NCBI GenBank assembly: GCA_965240325.2
Contig: OZ251241.1
Span: 124,001 to 188,000, forward strand
Source: Rebecca billardiae RCC1528
Taxonomy: Eukaryota > Protista > Haptophyta
Length of the DNA: 64,000 nt
Direction of reading: 5' to 3'
Position 1 is the first letter of the stretch; every line of letters begins with the position of its first letter. The translations under genes and the position numbers were made by a program. This document shows, one piece after another, positions 49,572 through 60,308 of the stretch. The notes under the pieces are model-generated. The model saw nothing but the letters and a program-made list of their open reading frames with translations. It made no database searches and was not told where the DNA came from.

Positions 49572-50365
49572 ACAGTCCTCTCAACAATAAATTACCCTAT
49601 GGAGAGCACACCTGCACATCACACCTTCTCCTGGCCGCCTAGGCTTGCATGACGGGCACCTGCGGCCCCAGCACTCTCCATTCGGTCGAGCTGCACCCAC
49701 CCATCATGACTTCAGCCGGGTGAGTGACAATTGGAGGACTCCTCTGGGCAGCACGTGAAGCCGGCCAGCTCGGACGTGACAGTGGCCGACAGGCTCTCGA
49801 CTGGCTCCCACACCCCTTTCAGCCCAGCTTGTAGCACAGCGCGCCGCTGATTTTCGGCGGAGCCTCGTGTGCTGTGCTACAGGGCATACCCAATCAGCAG
49901 GTGGGCCGCTGGCAGGCTAGGTGCATCTGGTGCACTGTGGTGGCCATTCCCCGACCACCACCCGCAGAGACGTGGCCTGCGCACTGAAACCGCACTGCTC
50001 ACGCCAGGCTGTGCTGCTAGGCTGGCTGCTAGGCAGTATCAAAGGCCATCCAGCTGCAGCGCCAGGGCCCACTATACAGCTGCTACACTCCCAGCCAGCC
50101 AGCCCACAGCCTGCTCAGGGGGTGAATTTCCATCCCTGCCTGCCCTCGTGGTGGTCCAGCACCCCCGCGCAGCACCCGTCAGCCGGTTGTGCACCTGCAT
50201 TCAATTTATCTGACTGACTCAGCCCACACACCCGCCCAGCTCATACCCACCTGGTCTGTGAGGGCTATAGGTGCAGTAACAGATAGCATGCAGCAGTGGG
50301 CCTCAAACAGTGACTGAGCCGGTATAGACAGCCAAACACAAGGGTAACCAATTGTTGAGGGGACT
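49572..50365 (+). mobile_element. 794-bp MITE-like TIR unit, copy 1
   Basis: Direct repeat of 51933-52726; 15-bp TIR AGTCCTCTCAACAAT / ATTGTTGAGGGGACT with one mismatch. Confidence 0.85.
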
Positions 50366-50577
50366 GATCGCCGACAGCTCATTGCTGAGGCTGCTGAGTG
50401 CTGTGAGGCAGGGGCTGCAAAGTCGAGCGCAGCTGGCGATCCAAACGCCCTAATGTAGCTATAGCGTCTTCTAGTAGTCTGTTCGGCTCCACAACGCGCC
50501 ACTATGCAGCCTCCAGGCCACTGATGGCCGCGCAGGGGCCCAGATAAGTCAGCCGCCAGCCCACAGCAGCCAGCCGT

Positions 50578-51194
50578 CAGCTGTCGTGAGTGGCACAGCC
50601 GATGTTGATCGACTCTGGCGCGCCCCCAGCCGCTGATTCAGCGTGAGCGGGGGCTGCGCCGAGCCCGACGCGCGCGTGAGCGTGCCGTTGGGCAGCACGG
50701 GGGCCGCTCGTACCGATCAGCCGACCTATCAGCCGCCAGTCGTCAGCCGCCAGCCGCCAGCAGCCTGAGCCAGCTGTCGTGAGTGGCACAGCCGATATTG
50801 ATCAACTCTGTCGCGCCTCCAGCAGTTGATTCAGCGTGAGCGGGGGCTGCGCCGAGCCCGACGCGCGCGTGAGCGTGCCGTTGGGCAGCACGGAGGCCGC
50901 TCATACCGATCAGCCGACCGATCAGCCGCCAGTCGTCAGCCGCCAGCCGCCAGCAGCCAGCTGTCGTGAGTGGCACAGCCGATATTGATCGACTCTGTCG
51001 CGCCTCCAGCAGTTGATTCAGCGTGAGCGGAGGCTGCGCCGAGCCCGACGCGCGCGAGAGCGTGCCGTTGGGCCGCACGGGGGGCGCCCATGCCGATCAG
51101 CCGACCGATCAGCCGCCAGTCGTCAGCCGCCAGCCGCCAGCCGCCAGCCGCCAGCCGCCAGCTGCCGTGAGTGGCACAGCCGATGTTGATCGAC
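50578..51194. repeat. Tandem array of ~190-bp units (3 copies plus a partial one)
   Basis: Units begin cagctgtcgtgagtggcacagccgat near 50578, 50772, 50958 and 51159, each with a (cagccgc)n tail. Confidence 0.9.
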
Positions 51195-51932
51195 TTCTTC
51201 CGTGAATTCGCCCACGCCGCCGTTGAACGTCAGCACGACGTGCGTGTGCTTCTCAAGGCGGGGCACTTTGCCGTGCTTGCATCCAACCTTGGCACGAGCG
51301 CCTGCACCAACGGGAACCTCACCCATCGTGCCGATGCCGAGGGCGGCCGGGCTTGATTGCTCTCTTTACATTACCAGGTACGTGGGTCGGCACCGGAAGC
51401 TTCTGATGAGCCGGCCGGCCGTTCGGTCTGGACCGGGCCCGGCCGCGGGTGGACGCCCGCCGACCGGCGGCGCCGGCGGGTCTTACAAATGGTACGATAC
51501 GTACAGTCATGGTCAGTACTTTAACAGTCATCCGTGGTTTTGAAAGGCTCATCCTTGGCTGAAGAGCCGCGCGGCGCGGGCACAACATGATGGCGAGTTG
51601 GCGGCGAGGAGTCACGCACGTGGCAGCAGCGCGCGTTCTATCCCCAGGCGACGCGGCGTGACGCGCGCGTGCATGGCACGGGCAAGGCCGCGCTCGAGCG
51701 GGCTCTCAAAAGAGCCCACGCCGGCTGAGCAGTGACTGTGCGCCACACTCCGCCGCTCGTGCGCTCGCCCCCGTGCGCATGCGATTGTGGATGCTCACGT
51801 GGCACCCCAACAGCCCTCTATAAAATGGGGCGCGTGATGGCCGGCTTCCAGGCGGTGATTCCAGACGTTCAACACATCGCCAAGCTGCCCGCAAAGCACG
51901 GCTGCCCTGAGACGCCTCCTCGTGCAATCAGC

Positions 51933-52726
51933 ACAGTCCTCTCAACAATAAATTACCCTATGGAGAGCACACCTGCACATCACACCTTCTCCTGGCCGCC
52001 TAGGCTTGCATGACGGGCACCTGCGGCCCCAGCACTCTCCATTCGGTCGAGCTGCACCCACCCATCATGACTTCAGCCGGGTGAGTGACAATTGGAGGAC
52101 TCCTCTGGGCAGCACGTGAAGCCGGCCAGCTCGGACGTGACAGTGGCCGACAGGCTCTCGACTGGCTCCCACACCCCTTTCAGCCCAGCTTGTAGCACAG
52201 CGCGCCGCTGATTTTCGGCGGAGCCTCGTGTGCTGTGCTACAGGGCATACCCAATCAGCAGGTGGGCCGCTGGCAGGCTAGGTGCATCTGGTGCACTGTG
52301 GTGGCCATTCCCCGACCACCACCCGCAGAGACGTGGCCTGCGCACTGAAACCGCACTGCTCACGCCAGGCTGTGCTGCTAGGCTGGCTGCTAGGCAGTAT
52401 CAAAGGCCATCCAGCTGCAGCGCCAGGGCCCACTATACAGCTGCTACACTCCCAGCCAGCCAGCCCACAGCCTGCTCAGGGGGTGAATTTCCATCCCTGC
52501 CTGCCCTCGTGGTGGTCCAGCACCCCCGCGCAGCACCCGTCAGCCGGTTGTGCACCTGCATTCAATTTATCTGACTGACTCAGCCCACACACCCGCCCAG
52601 CTCATACCCACCTGGTCTGTGAGGGCTATAGGTGCAGTAACAGATAGCATGCAGCAGTGGGCCTCAAACAGTGACTGAGCCGGTATAGACAGCCAAACAC
52701 AAGGGTAACCAATTGTTGAGGGGACT
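51933..52726 (+). mobile_element. 794-bp MITE-like TIR unit, copy 2
   Basis: Offset 2361 bp from copy 1; ORF translations at 49869/52230 and 49921/52282 are identical. Confidence 0.85.
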
Positions 52727-54381
52727 AGTGACATAGAGATTCAGCCGAATGTTACCTACTTGTCATTGCAGCTAGATGACGATACGCGGTCGGACTTACT
52801 TATTGACAAGCGCTGCCCCCTATCCGAAGGATTTTATGGTGAAAATACCGAAAAAGTGGGGCACTATGCTGTGCGCGTAGACGTCCATGAAAAACTACTC
52901 CAAGATCGAGTACATTACCCATTTAATTATGTAAATATACCCGCATATAAGAACATGTTTACCCACTTTGTATAAAATGTGGTTACTTTCATAATATGTA
53001 TTCAAGTACGTGCCTATACATGGGTACCTTGCTCACTATTTGCTGGGTCATCCGAATACGGAATACGGCGGCGCCGAGACGGCTCATGCTGCCACTGGAC
53101 TCACATCAGTGAGCGCCGGCCCGCGAACGCGGGCCTGATGCCGGTGGCGGGCTGCACGTGCTGCGGCACACGGCCAACTCCGCCACTGAACATGCCACCA
53201 TCCCCGTATGAGAGGCCTCTCCGCCGTCGAGGCTGGCGTGCGCAGATAGCTCGCCATGTGTGGCGGCTTCCTTGCCCGGTCTCAGGTGTCACCGGCACCG
53301 TCGCCGTTCGTCGTACACCAGCCCACGCGAGGCCGCCACCGGTCCACCTCTGCTGCGGCTACAGCGCTTGCAGTCGAGGCTGCTCCAGGTTACCCCTGAC
53401 TCGGCGAGCTGCTCGGTGGCGAGCGTTGAGCTCTCTGCCTCAGCTGCCGCGCCCAGCGCGCACGCCTGCCCCGAGCACCATGCAGTCCGCGCGCTGCTCC
53501 AAGACGGCCGCCAACAGTGGCGCCGGCACTCCCGAGACGAAGACACGGTGTACAGGTGTGGCAGCGGCCATAGCGGAGCTTTGCGGCGCGCGTCTGCTCC
53601 GCAGCAAGCTTGACGTTCGTGACAAGGTGCACGCTCTTCGCCTCAGGGCAGCTCGGCTGCTGCATGCAGCCAAGCGGCACGCCAAGTGGCACAACAAACA
53701 AGCCGACGCGTGCCAGCTGGAGCTTCTGGCGGTACTACTGTGGGCTGGAAGACAGGCCCCGCACGTACACAGGGTCGCCGAGCTTGCTTACCACCCACGA
53801 CTGCCGCGCGCTCCCGTTTGCGCACGAGCAGCCAGCGATCACGCGAGTGCATGCGCAGCGCGTGGGGAGGTGAGCACTGCACGCACCGGGCCAAGCGTCG
53901 GGGGCTGACTCATTCTCCTCATGAACTGATGGAACCAGTAGGGAACCAGGGCGCAGCGTGCACGGTTCACCTGGAACCGGGGCTGCGTTGTCCGCGCTCA
54001 TCCGGATGAGAGTTCGAACGGCGCGCAGAGCGGGGCTGTGAGGTTCAAGATGTCCGGTGAGAGCGAGCTGCCAGCGATCATTTGGCCGAACGCTGCCATG
54101 GTGGCCACCCTGACTCGCCCGCCCGCGCGCCTCTGACGCCAGAGCGCGCTCCGCCGCGCCGACGCGACGATGAAGTCCACCGCCCAGGCGTGCTGCTCGC
54201 CCGATCTCGGGCTCGACCGTGCTCTGAACGGCCGCGGCCGTGCTTGCCGCAATTCGAGGCCAAAATGTTCGGAAATGCTCAGCGCGAAATCGGTCAGTCG
54301 ATTTTCGATTTTAAATTCCGCGGCTTGGACCCCCTAAATTATTGGCGCGCGGCCGCGCCGCGCGCGCGCCGGCGCGACGAC

Positions 54382-54384
<3 letters not shown>

Positions 54385-54437
<53 letters not shown>
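54385..54437. repeat. (TA)n microsatellite
   Basis: Perfect TA run. Confidence 0.95.
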
Positions 54438-54443
<6 letters not shown>

Positions 54444-54961
54444 CGCGCTGCGGCATCATCGCGATAGATCGTCGGCCGGTATATCGCGATCGAATGTGTG
54501 AGCGCCGCTGCCAGGCCCAGCATCCCAGGGCCAACGCCAGCGTGCGGTGATCTCATGCGCGCGCGCGCGAGGGCGGAGGTCGAGGACGAGGGGCGACCGC
54601 CGCCTCCGCCGGGGTCCGACGCGCCATCCTCAATTCCGTATTCTGCTCGCGTAACTGTGACACGCCGTCCGAGCCCGAGCGAGCCGCATCGCTGTGGTCC
54701 GCAACGAGAGCCAGCCGCTGCTGAGCCCTGCGGCTGCAGCGCTGTCCCCCTGCTGCTCGGCGGCGGCCTCGCCAGCGCGCCCACACTGCCCACAGCCGTC
54801 CGCGGCACCTGCGTACACGGGACGGCGCCGAGCCCCAGGGCAGCTGCGCACCGCCAGCCTCGGCCACCGCCGGCACGCCCGCCGCGCCTGCGCGGGGCAG
54901 CCCTCGCGCGCAGCCGCGCCGCGCTTGCGTGCGCCGTCACCCGCTGCCGTCGCCGCCGCCG

Positions 54962-56599
54962 TCACCTGCTTGGCTGGCCGTGGCTGAAGAAGGCGGCGGC
55001 GCGCGAGAAGTACGTCTCCGTGCCCTCGGCGCCCTGCTGCCGCTCCGCGGCGGCGGTCGGGTTGACGAGCTCGATGCCCTGCACCGGCGTGAAGGCGAGC
55101 GTCGAGGTGAGGCCTGCGCAGCGCGGCGCGGCCGCGGCGCGCACAGCAGCGGCGATCCGTGAGCGGCTCCGCCGACGCGGCCCGGCCGCGCGCGCGCGCG
55201 AGCGCGCGCCGCGCGCACCGCCTGTGGCGCCGCTGCTGCCCGCCTGCCCCCGCTGCATGAGCGCCGCCTGCTCGCGCACCACCTTGGGCTGCGCCGTCTT
55301 CTGCTGCTTCGCGACGAGCCGCACCTTCCCCGTGCTCTGCGCCTTGCCCAGCGTGCCGATGCCCTCCTCGTCCAGCCCGAAGCTCTCCTCCTGCACCGCA
55401 AACGTGACGCGGTTAGCCTGCACGCGCATGTCGGTCATCTCGGTGCGCTCCTTGCGCTTGCGCGCGCGCGCGCCGCCGCGCTTGCGCGTGTTCTTCGCCT
55501 CGGGCACTGGGAGCGCCTTGGGCACCTTGAACGGCGCGGGCTCCTGCCACTTGTCCAGCTTGGACAGGATCTCCTCGCGGAACTTGGCGCCGGTCGAGCG
55601 CTCGGGCGCGCCGTCCGAGCCGTGCGCGCCAAAGCCGTCGACGCGCGCGGCGAGCGTGCACCGGCCGGCGACGAGGCGGACGACGCGCGGGCGCAGCGCG
55701 GGCGGCGTGCTCTGCACGAGGGCGCACTGCATCAGGAACCCCGTGTGCGCCAGCTGCCCGCCCGACGCCAGCCCGCCCAGCGTCTTCCGCTTCACGCCGA
55801 GCGCCTGCACGATGCCCGCCGGCAGCGCGGCCAGCTTGGTCAGACCGCCCGCGGCGCCGATCAGCCGCGCGGCGACGTCCGCGCCGACGATCTCGGTGAG
55901 GTTGGGCGCGACGGCGTGCATGCGGGACTCGACGTACCGCAGTATCTTCGCCTTCGCCTCGGCGAGCGCGAGCACGTCCTCGCACTGCGCCAGCGCCTTG
56001 GCGAGCGCGGGCGGCGGCAGCGGCGTGCCCGAGGTGGTCGAGGCCGTGACCGTCACCACCATCACCGTCGCGGCGGGGACGACGCCCTCGAGCTCGACGT
56101 TGGTCAGGTCGGTCTCGTTGCCGATCTTGAGCACCACCCGCGCGTAGTCCAGCGGGTGCACCACCAGCGACTCCAGCTCGGGGAAGCGCTGCGCGTACAC
56201 GCCGCGCACCTCGCGCACCAGCACCTCCGTCTCCAGCTCGATCTCGACCGCCACCTCGTTGCAGGAGACGAGGACGGAGTACTCGGGGTGCGCCTCGGTG
56301 AGCGGCGTGACGGACTCGCCGCCCGCACGCGCGGACGCGCCCGCGTCGCCGCCCTCGTCCGCGCGGAGCAGCTCGTCGATGCGCGCGACGAGCGCGCACA
56401 GCCGTTCCGAGCGCAGCAGGTTGTGCGAGACGGCGCGCACGCCGGGCACGTCCGCCATCTGCACGTCTGCGCCGGCGTCGGCGGCGTCGGCGGCGTCATC
56501 GTCTGCGCCAGCGCCCTCACCGCCGCGCCCCGCGCCGCCGCCCTCGTCCTCCTGCTCGTCGTCGAGGTCGTCGAGGTCGTCGAGGAAGTCCTGCAGCAT
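54962..56599 (-). CDS. PRPF31: U4/U6 snRNP protein Prp31; in-frame intron 55218-55114
   Basis: HPEYSVLVSCNE, YAQRFPELESLV, PAATVMVVTVTASTTSG, YVESRMHAVAPNL, AARVD, KWQEP, RKRGGARARKRKE, ANRVTF, LAFTPVQGIELVNP. Confidence 0.97.
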   Translation of the reverse strand: MLQDFLDDLDDLDDEQEDEGGGAGRGGEGAGADDDAADAADAGADVQMADVPGVRAVSHNLLRSERLCALVARIDELLRADEGGDAGASARAGGESVTPLTEAHPEYSVLVSCNEVAVEIELETEVLVREVRGVYAQRFPELESLVVHPLDYARVVLKIGNETDLTNVELEGVVPAATVMVVTVTASTTSGTPLPPPALAKALAQCEDVLALAEAKAKILRYVESRMHAVAPNLTEIVGADVAARLIGAAGGLTKLAALPAGIVQALGVKRKTLGGLASGGQLAHTGFLMQCALVQSTPPALRPRVVRLVAGRCTLAARVDGFGAHGSDGAPERSTGAKFREEILSKLDKWQEPAPFKVPKALPVPEAKNTRKRGGARARKRKERTEMTDMRVQANRVTFAVQEESFGLDEEGIGTLGKAQSTGKVRLVAKQQKTAQPKVVREQAALMQRGQAGSSGATGGARGARSRARAAGPRRRSRSRIAAAVRAAAAPRCAGLTSTLAFTPVQGIELVNPTAAAERQQGAEGTETYFSRAAAFFSHGQPSR

Positions 56600-56685
56600 G
56601 GCGGCCGGGCGCGCGAAGACTTACTTGCGAGTTGGCAGGCCCCTTATAACGGGGGTGGACTCCATTTTTAACTTTGCGACGGCGC

Positions 56686-56775
56686 GAAAAGGGAAAGAGA
56701 GAGGGAGGAAGAGGGAGGAAGAAGGGGGAGAAGAGGGAGGGAAAAAGAGGGAGAAAGGAAAGAGAGAGGGAGGAA
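56686..56775 (+). repeat. 90-nt pure polypurine tract upstream of PRPF31
   Basis: Only A and G on the + strand. Confidence 0.9.
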
Positions 56776-58505
56776 TTGGAGGATGTGAATATGCGGTTAT
56801 CACTCTCACGCGGGCCGCACCGGCGGTCGGCGGAGGTGTCACTCACCGTCAGCCCACGCCACAACGGTACTTACCGCGCGCCTCACCGCAGTCACCGCTG
56901 CTTACCACTGCTACGCCAGCACAGTCCCTGCGGCCTGCCTGATTAGTGATTGCGCGCGCGCCCACGCCCACGCGGCACACGGCCACGCACCCGGCCACAC
57001 CTGCCACACGCACTGTCAGCAGTGTGAGTGGGGCGGTGCGCGCGGCCAGGCACACGCGCCGGCCACGGCCGCAACCTCGCGCGACGGCCACTGCTGTGGC
57101 GCCACTGCTGCGGCGCCGCACGCGGGTGCTGCTCCGCGCGCGCGGCTCTCTCCCCCTCCGCCGCGATGATACACACCGCGCGCAGCACGCGTCGCTGCGC
57201 CCGTGCGCCGTGGGCACACATAATCCAGGTTGAGCGTCGCCGAGGTGTTGGCGAGGAGCGCCGCCGCCAGCGCAGTCATCGGCTGTAACACTCGACCCAC
57301 CGCCACCAGCCGCATCGCTTGGACTGGCACCGTCATGGCGACAGACGGCGTGAGGGGGCGATGCAGGCGGGTTGCTGTAAGCGACAGCGTCCCGGCCGCG
57401 CTCCGCTCACGCAGTGCCATCCGCTGCGCCATTAGCACAGCGACTCACGCCGCACTGCCAGCATGCACTGCCCTGTCCTGAGACTTAGAACTTGCATTGG
57501 CTGCTGACATCGGCAGTGCCATCACTGTCACTGCCAAACTGTCGAGAGGTGCACATGAAGCAGCGGCTCCGGCCGTGACGCGCGGCCCTCTAATCTCTAT
57601 CCGTACTTCTGAGTAAATTTGACTGAGTATGATTCTATCAGTGAGTCTGGAGCGTGCTCACACTCGAGTCTCGATGCTGCCGGCGCTGCGGCGCAGTCGC
57701 CAGTCGGCGCCGTGCCATGTGGCACATGATGCCGATCAGCCGATCAGAAGCTGAAGCGTGATGACGACGATAACACGGCGCCGGCAAAGCAGGACTTGAG
57801 AGCACTGCAGCACCCTGCACTGCTACGTCGCGACGACAATGAGATGGAGAACAACTACGCAGGTGAGCGCCAAATGGCAGCAGCAGCTGACGGTGCGCAG
57901 CAGCCGATTGCGTTTCGCCGTTATGCCCAGGCAGCATATCCCGGCGGGGCGTTGTGATGTTGAGATGATTGACCTCGTTGAAGCGCGCTCGGCCGCACCT
58001 CGACCACCGCACAACGATGCAGATTGGCGGCGTGAGCGTAGCAGTGGCCACAAGATCGCTCGCAGCTTCAGGCGACCCACACACGGCGAGCTCGATGCAA
58101 GACGTGAAATGTATGCGAGAGTGGCGAGCGCTCGCCTGACTCGCGAAGACGCCAGACGATGGGGGTGTCGGAACACCCGAATCATCGTCACCCGCCCGTG
58201 CGAGAGCGCGCGCTGCGACCCGGCCGCGTGGCCACTGCGAGGAGCGGATGGAGGAGACGATCCTGCCATCGGAAAGGGTTGAGCAGAGCTCCCTGCTCAC
58301 GATGCATCGCATCGCATCGGGATATCAAGCCGCTGGAACGCCCGCAGGCCGCGGAACCCGCACGAGCGTGGCTGACGAAAGACATGATGCGTTGACGCGT
58401 CGTGCCACAACCGGGCCGCGAGGGCCGGTGCGCTTCGCGAACCGTCGCAACTTTCGTCCATATCTGGAGACTGGTGTTTGGTATGAGCGAGCGGCTTCTC
58501 TATTG

Positions 58506-58677
58506 AACCCAGTGCCACCTCTATTCGAACCCAGTGCCACCTCTAAGTGACCCAGTGCCACCCTTCTATGAACCCAGTGCCACTTCTTCTATGATGACAT
58601 ATGGGGACCCAGTGCCACTGCTACCCGCCTGGCACTGGGTTTGCTATTGATTTTCATATTGGTAACCCAGTGCCACC
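58506..58677. repeat. Cluster of ACCCAGTGCCA(C) motifs (6 direct, 1 inverted)
   Basis: Directly visible, separated by short variable spacers. Confidence 0.9.
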
Positions 58678-58819
58678 CACCCCCGGCACAGAAGGCCTGC
58701 CTGCGAGTTGCATACTTGCATCAATCAATGGGCGCCATCGTGGCCGTGGGCATTTTGTTTTCGTGGAATGAAGCGGTACCCCGTACCGGTAGGTAGGGTG
58801 CTATGACGAAAGGCTGCTG

Positions 58820-60069
58820 CTATCCTGTGAGCCCTTGGTCGTCGTCAGCAGCAGCCCGTCGGAGGGGGCACTGCCCGTCGGCTCCGAGCTGCCACAGGCC
58901 GTGCGCCTGTAGCAGGCGCACCTTCTCCTCCGCGCCCCACACGCAGTTCGCTGCGACGCAGACGCGCGCGCGCGGCGCAGGGCCAGGCGCGCAAGGCGCG
59001 GGCGGGTGCGCGTCGCCGCGCGCTGGTGAGGCCGAGCGCCGCCACGCGCCGCATGCCACAGCCACAGGCATGAGACAGCGGGCGCCGAGGCGTTGCGGTG
59101 CGCGCGCGCACGCTGCCAGTGGGCGCTCGACGCACCGTGCAGCGTGACTGCGCGCGGGGGCGGCACGTACGCGCCGCCGCCGCTGCCGGGCACGCCCGCG
59201 GCCGCGAGCCCCCTGCCGTTCACAAAGACTGACCCGTCCAGCAGCTCCAGCCGCGGCAACCCGCGGGAGCGCGCCACCCGCCGGTTGAACCGCCGGTTGA
59301 AGATGTCCTGGTCGTGGCCCTCGGACGGGGGCGCGCGCTGGCAGCGGGCGTGCCACTCGAGCAGCAGCCGGGCGTTCGCGCCGCTCGCGCGCGCGTAGAA
59401 GAGGCCGGTGTTCGCCTTGCGCCCGCTCTCCGCGCTAAACGCCAGCTCGGGCAGCACGGCCAGGCCCGCGCCGCCGCGCGCGCCGCGCGCCGTGCGCGCG
59501 CTCTCGGCGTGCTCGGCGAGCGCGCCCCACGGCCACGCGAGGAAGGAGACGTCCAGGTCGCTCCACAGCACGTGCAGCCCGGCGCGTAGCGCGCACAGCG
59601 CGAAGAACGGCTTGAGCCTGAGGAGCTCGGCCCACGTGGCCCCGCGCACGCCGGGCGGCAGCAGCGCGCTCGCGTTCACCGCAGGCACGCCCAGCTGCTG
59701 CGCGCGCGCGTACGCGCCGGCGTCGGTCGCGAGCGCGACGTAGTTGTGCACGCCGGCGCGCGAGAGAGAGCACGCCCAGTGCGCGAGGAACAGCCGCGCG
59801 AAGTCGAAGCCGCCCTCGCTGTTCACCATCCCGACGACGATGTTCTTGTCTGCGTCCGCGTGCCTCCGCAGCACGTCGTGCGCCTCCGCCTCGCTGAGCG
59901 CGGATGCCGCGCTCGCGTTGTCCACCCATGGGTCGGCGCTCGGGCGCATAGCACGCCACGCGGCGGGCACGCCGGGGAGCGGTGCCAGCCACTGCGCACA
60001 CGCGAGCACGAGGAGGAGCGCAGCAACCACGAGTCGTCGCGTTCGTATCCGCCGCCATCGCTCGCCCAT
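58820..60069 (-). CDS. Nucleotide-diphospho-sugar transferase (GT77-like) glycosyltransferase, one 3' intron
   Basis: N-terminal TM; YVALATD, LRLKP, GLHVLWSDLDV (DxD), NTGLFYARA, HDQDIFN, TLH|ANCVWGAEEKVRLLQAHGLW. Confidence 0.88.
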
Positions 60070-60308
60070 GACGGACGGCGTCAGCGGCCGAAGCGGCCCA
60101 AGCCGTTAGCTAGCGTGGGGGTATTTCGACGCTACAGTTTACTATGTTTTAACGTGCACACTTGGTTAAGGCGTGATACAGTTTACTAAGAATAAGAGAC
60201 GCACACAGCTCAGGCAGGCGAGATACTGTCGGAGTGTCGGACCGCGGAGTATGACTATGAGACGCATGACGACTTGACGAGTCGTAGTAGTTATATGAGT
60301 CGTAGTAG

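Larger units (their letters stand above)
49371..54334. mobile_element. Putative ~5-kb TIR DNA transposon remnant flanked by TA
   Basis: TA-GGGGGTCCAAGCC (49369-49383) and GGCTTGGACCCCC-TA (54322-54336) form a perfect inverted pair at the edges of a gene-free block. Confidence 0.5.

Noticed and set aside
49572-52726. Canonical LTR retrotransposon
   Set aside because: No TG...CA ends on the repeats, no recognisable PBS/PPT, gag or pol, and no TSD; the repeats carry TIRs
52979-54260. 309-aa ORF and neighbours as a gene or transposase
   Set aside because: No recognisable motif and frames are interrupted; cannot be supported without a search
58506-58677. Possible CRISPR array
   Set aside because: Repeats are 12 bp with mostly ~10-bp related spacers, there are no cas genes, and the context is eukaryotic
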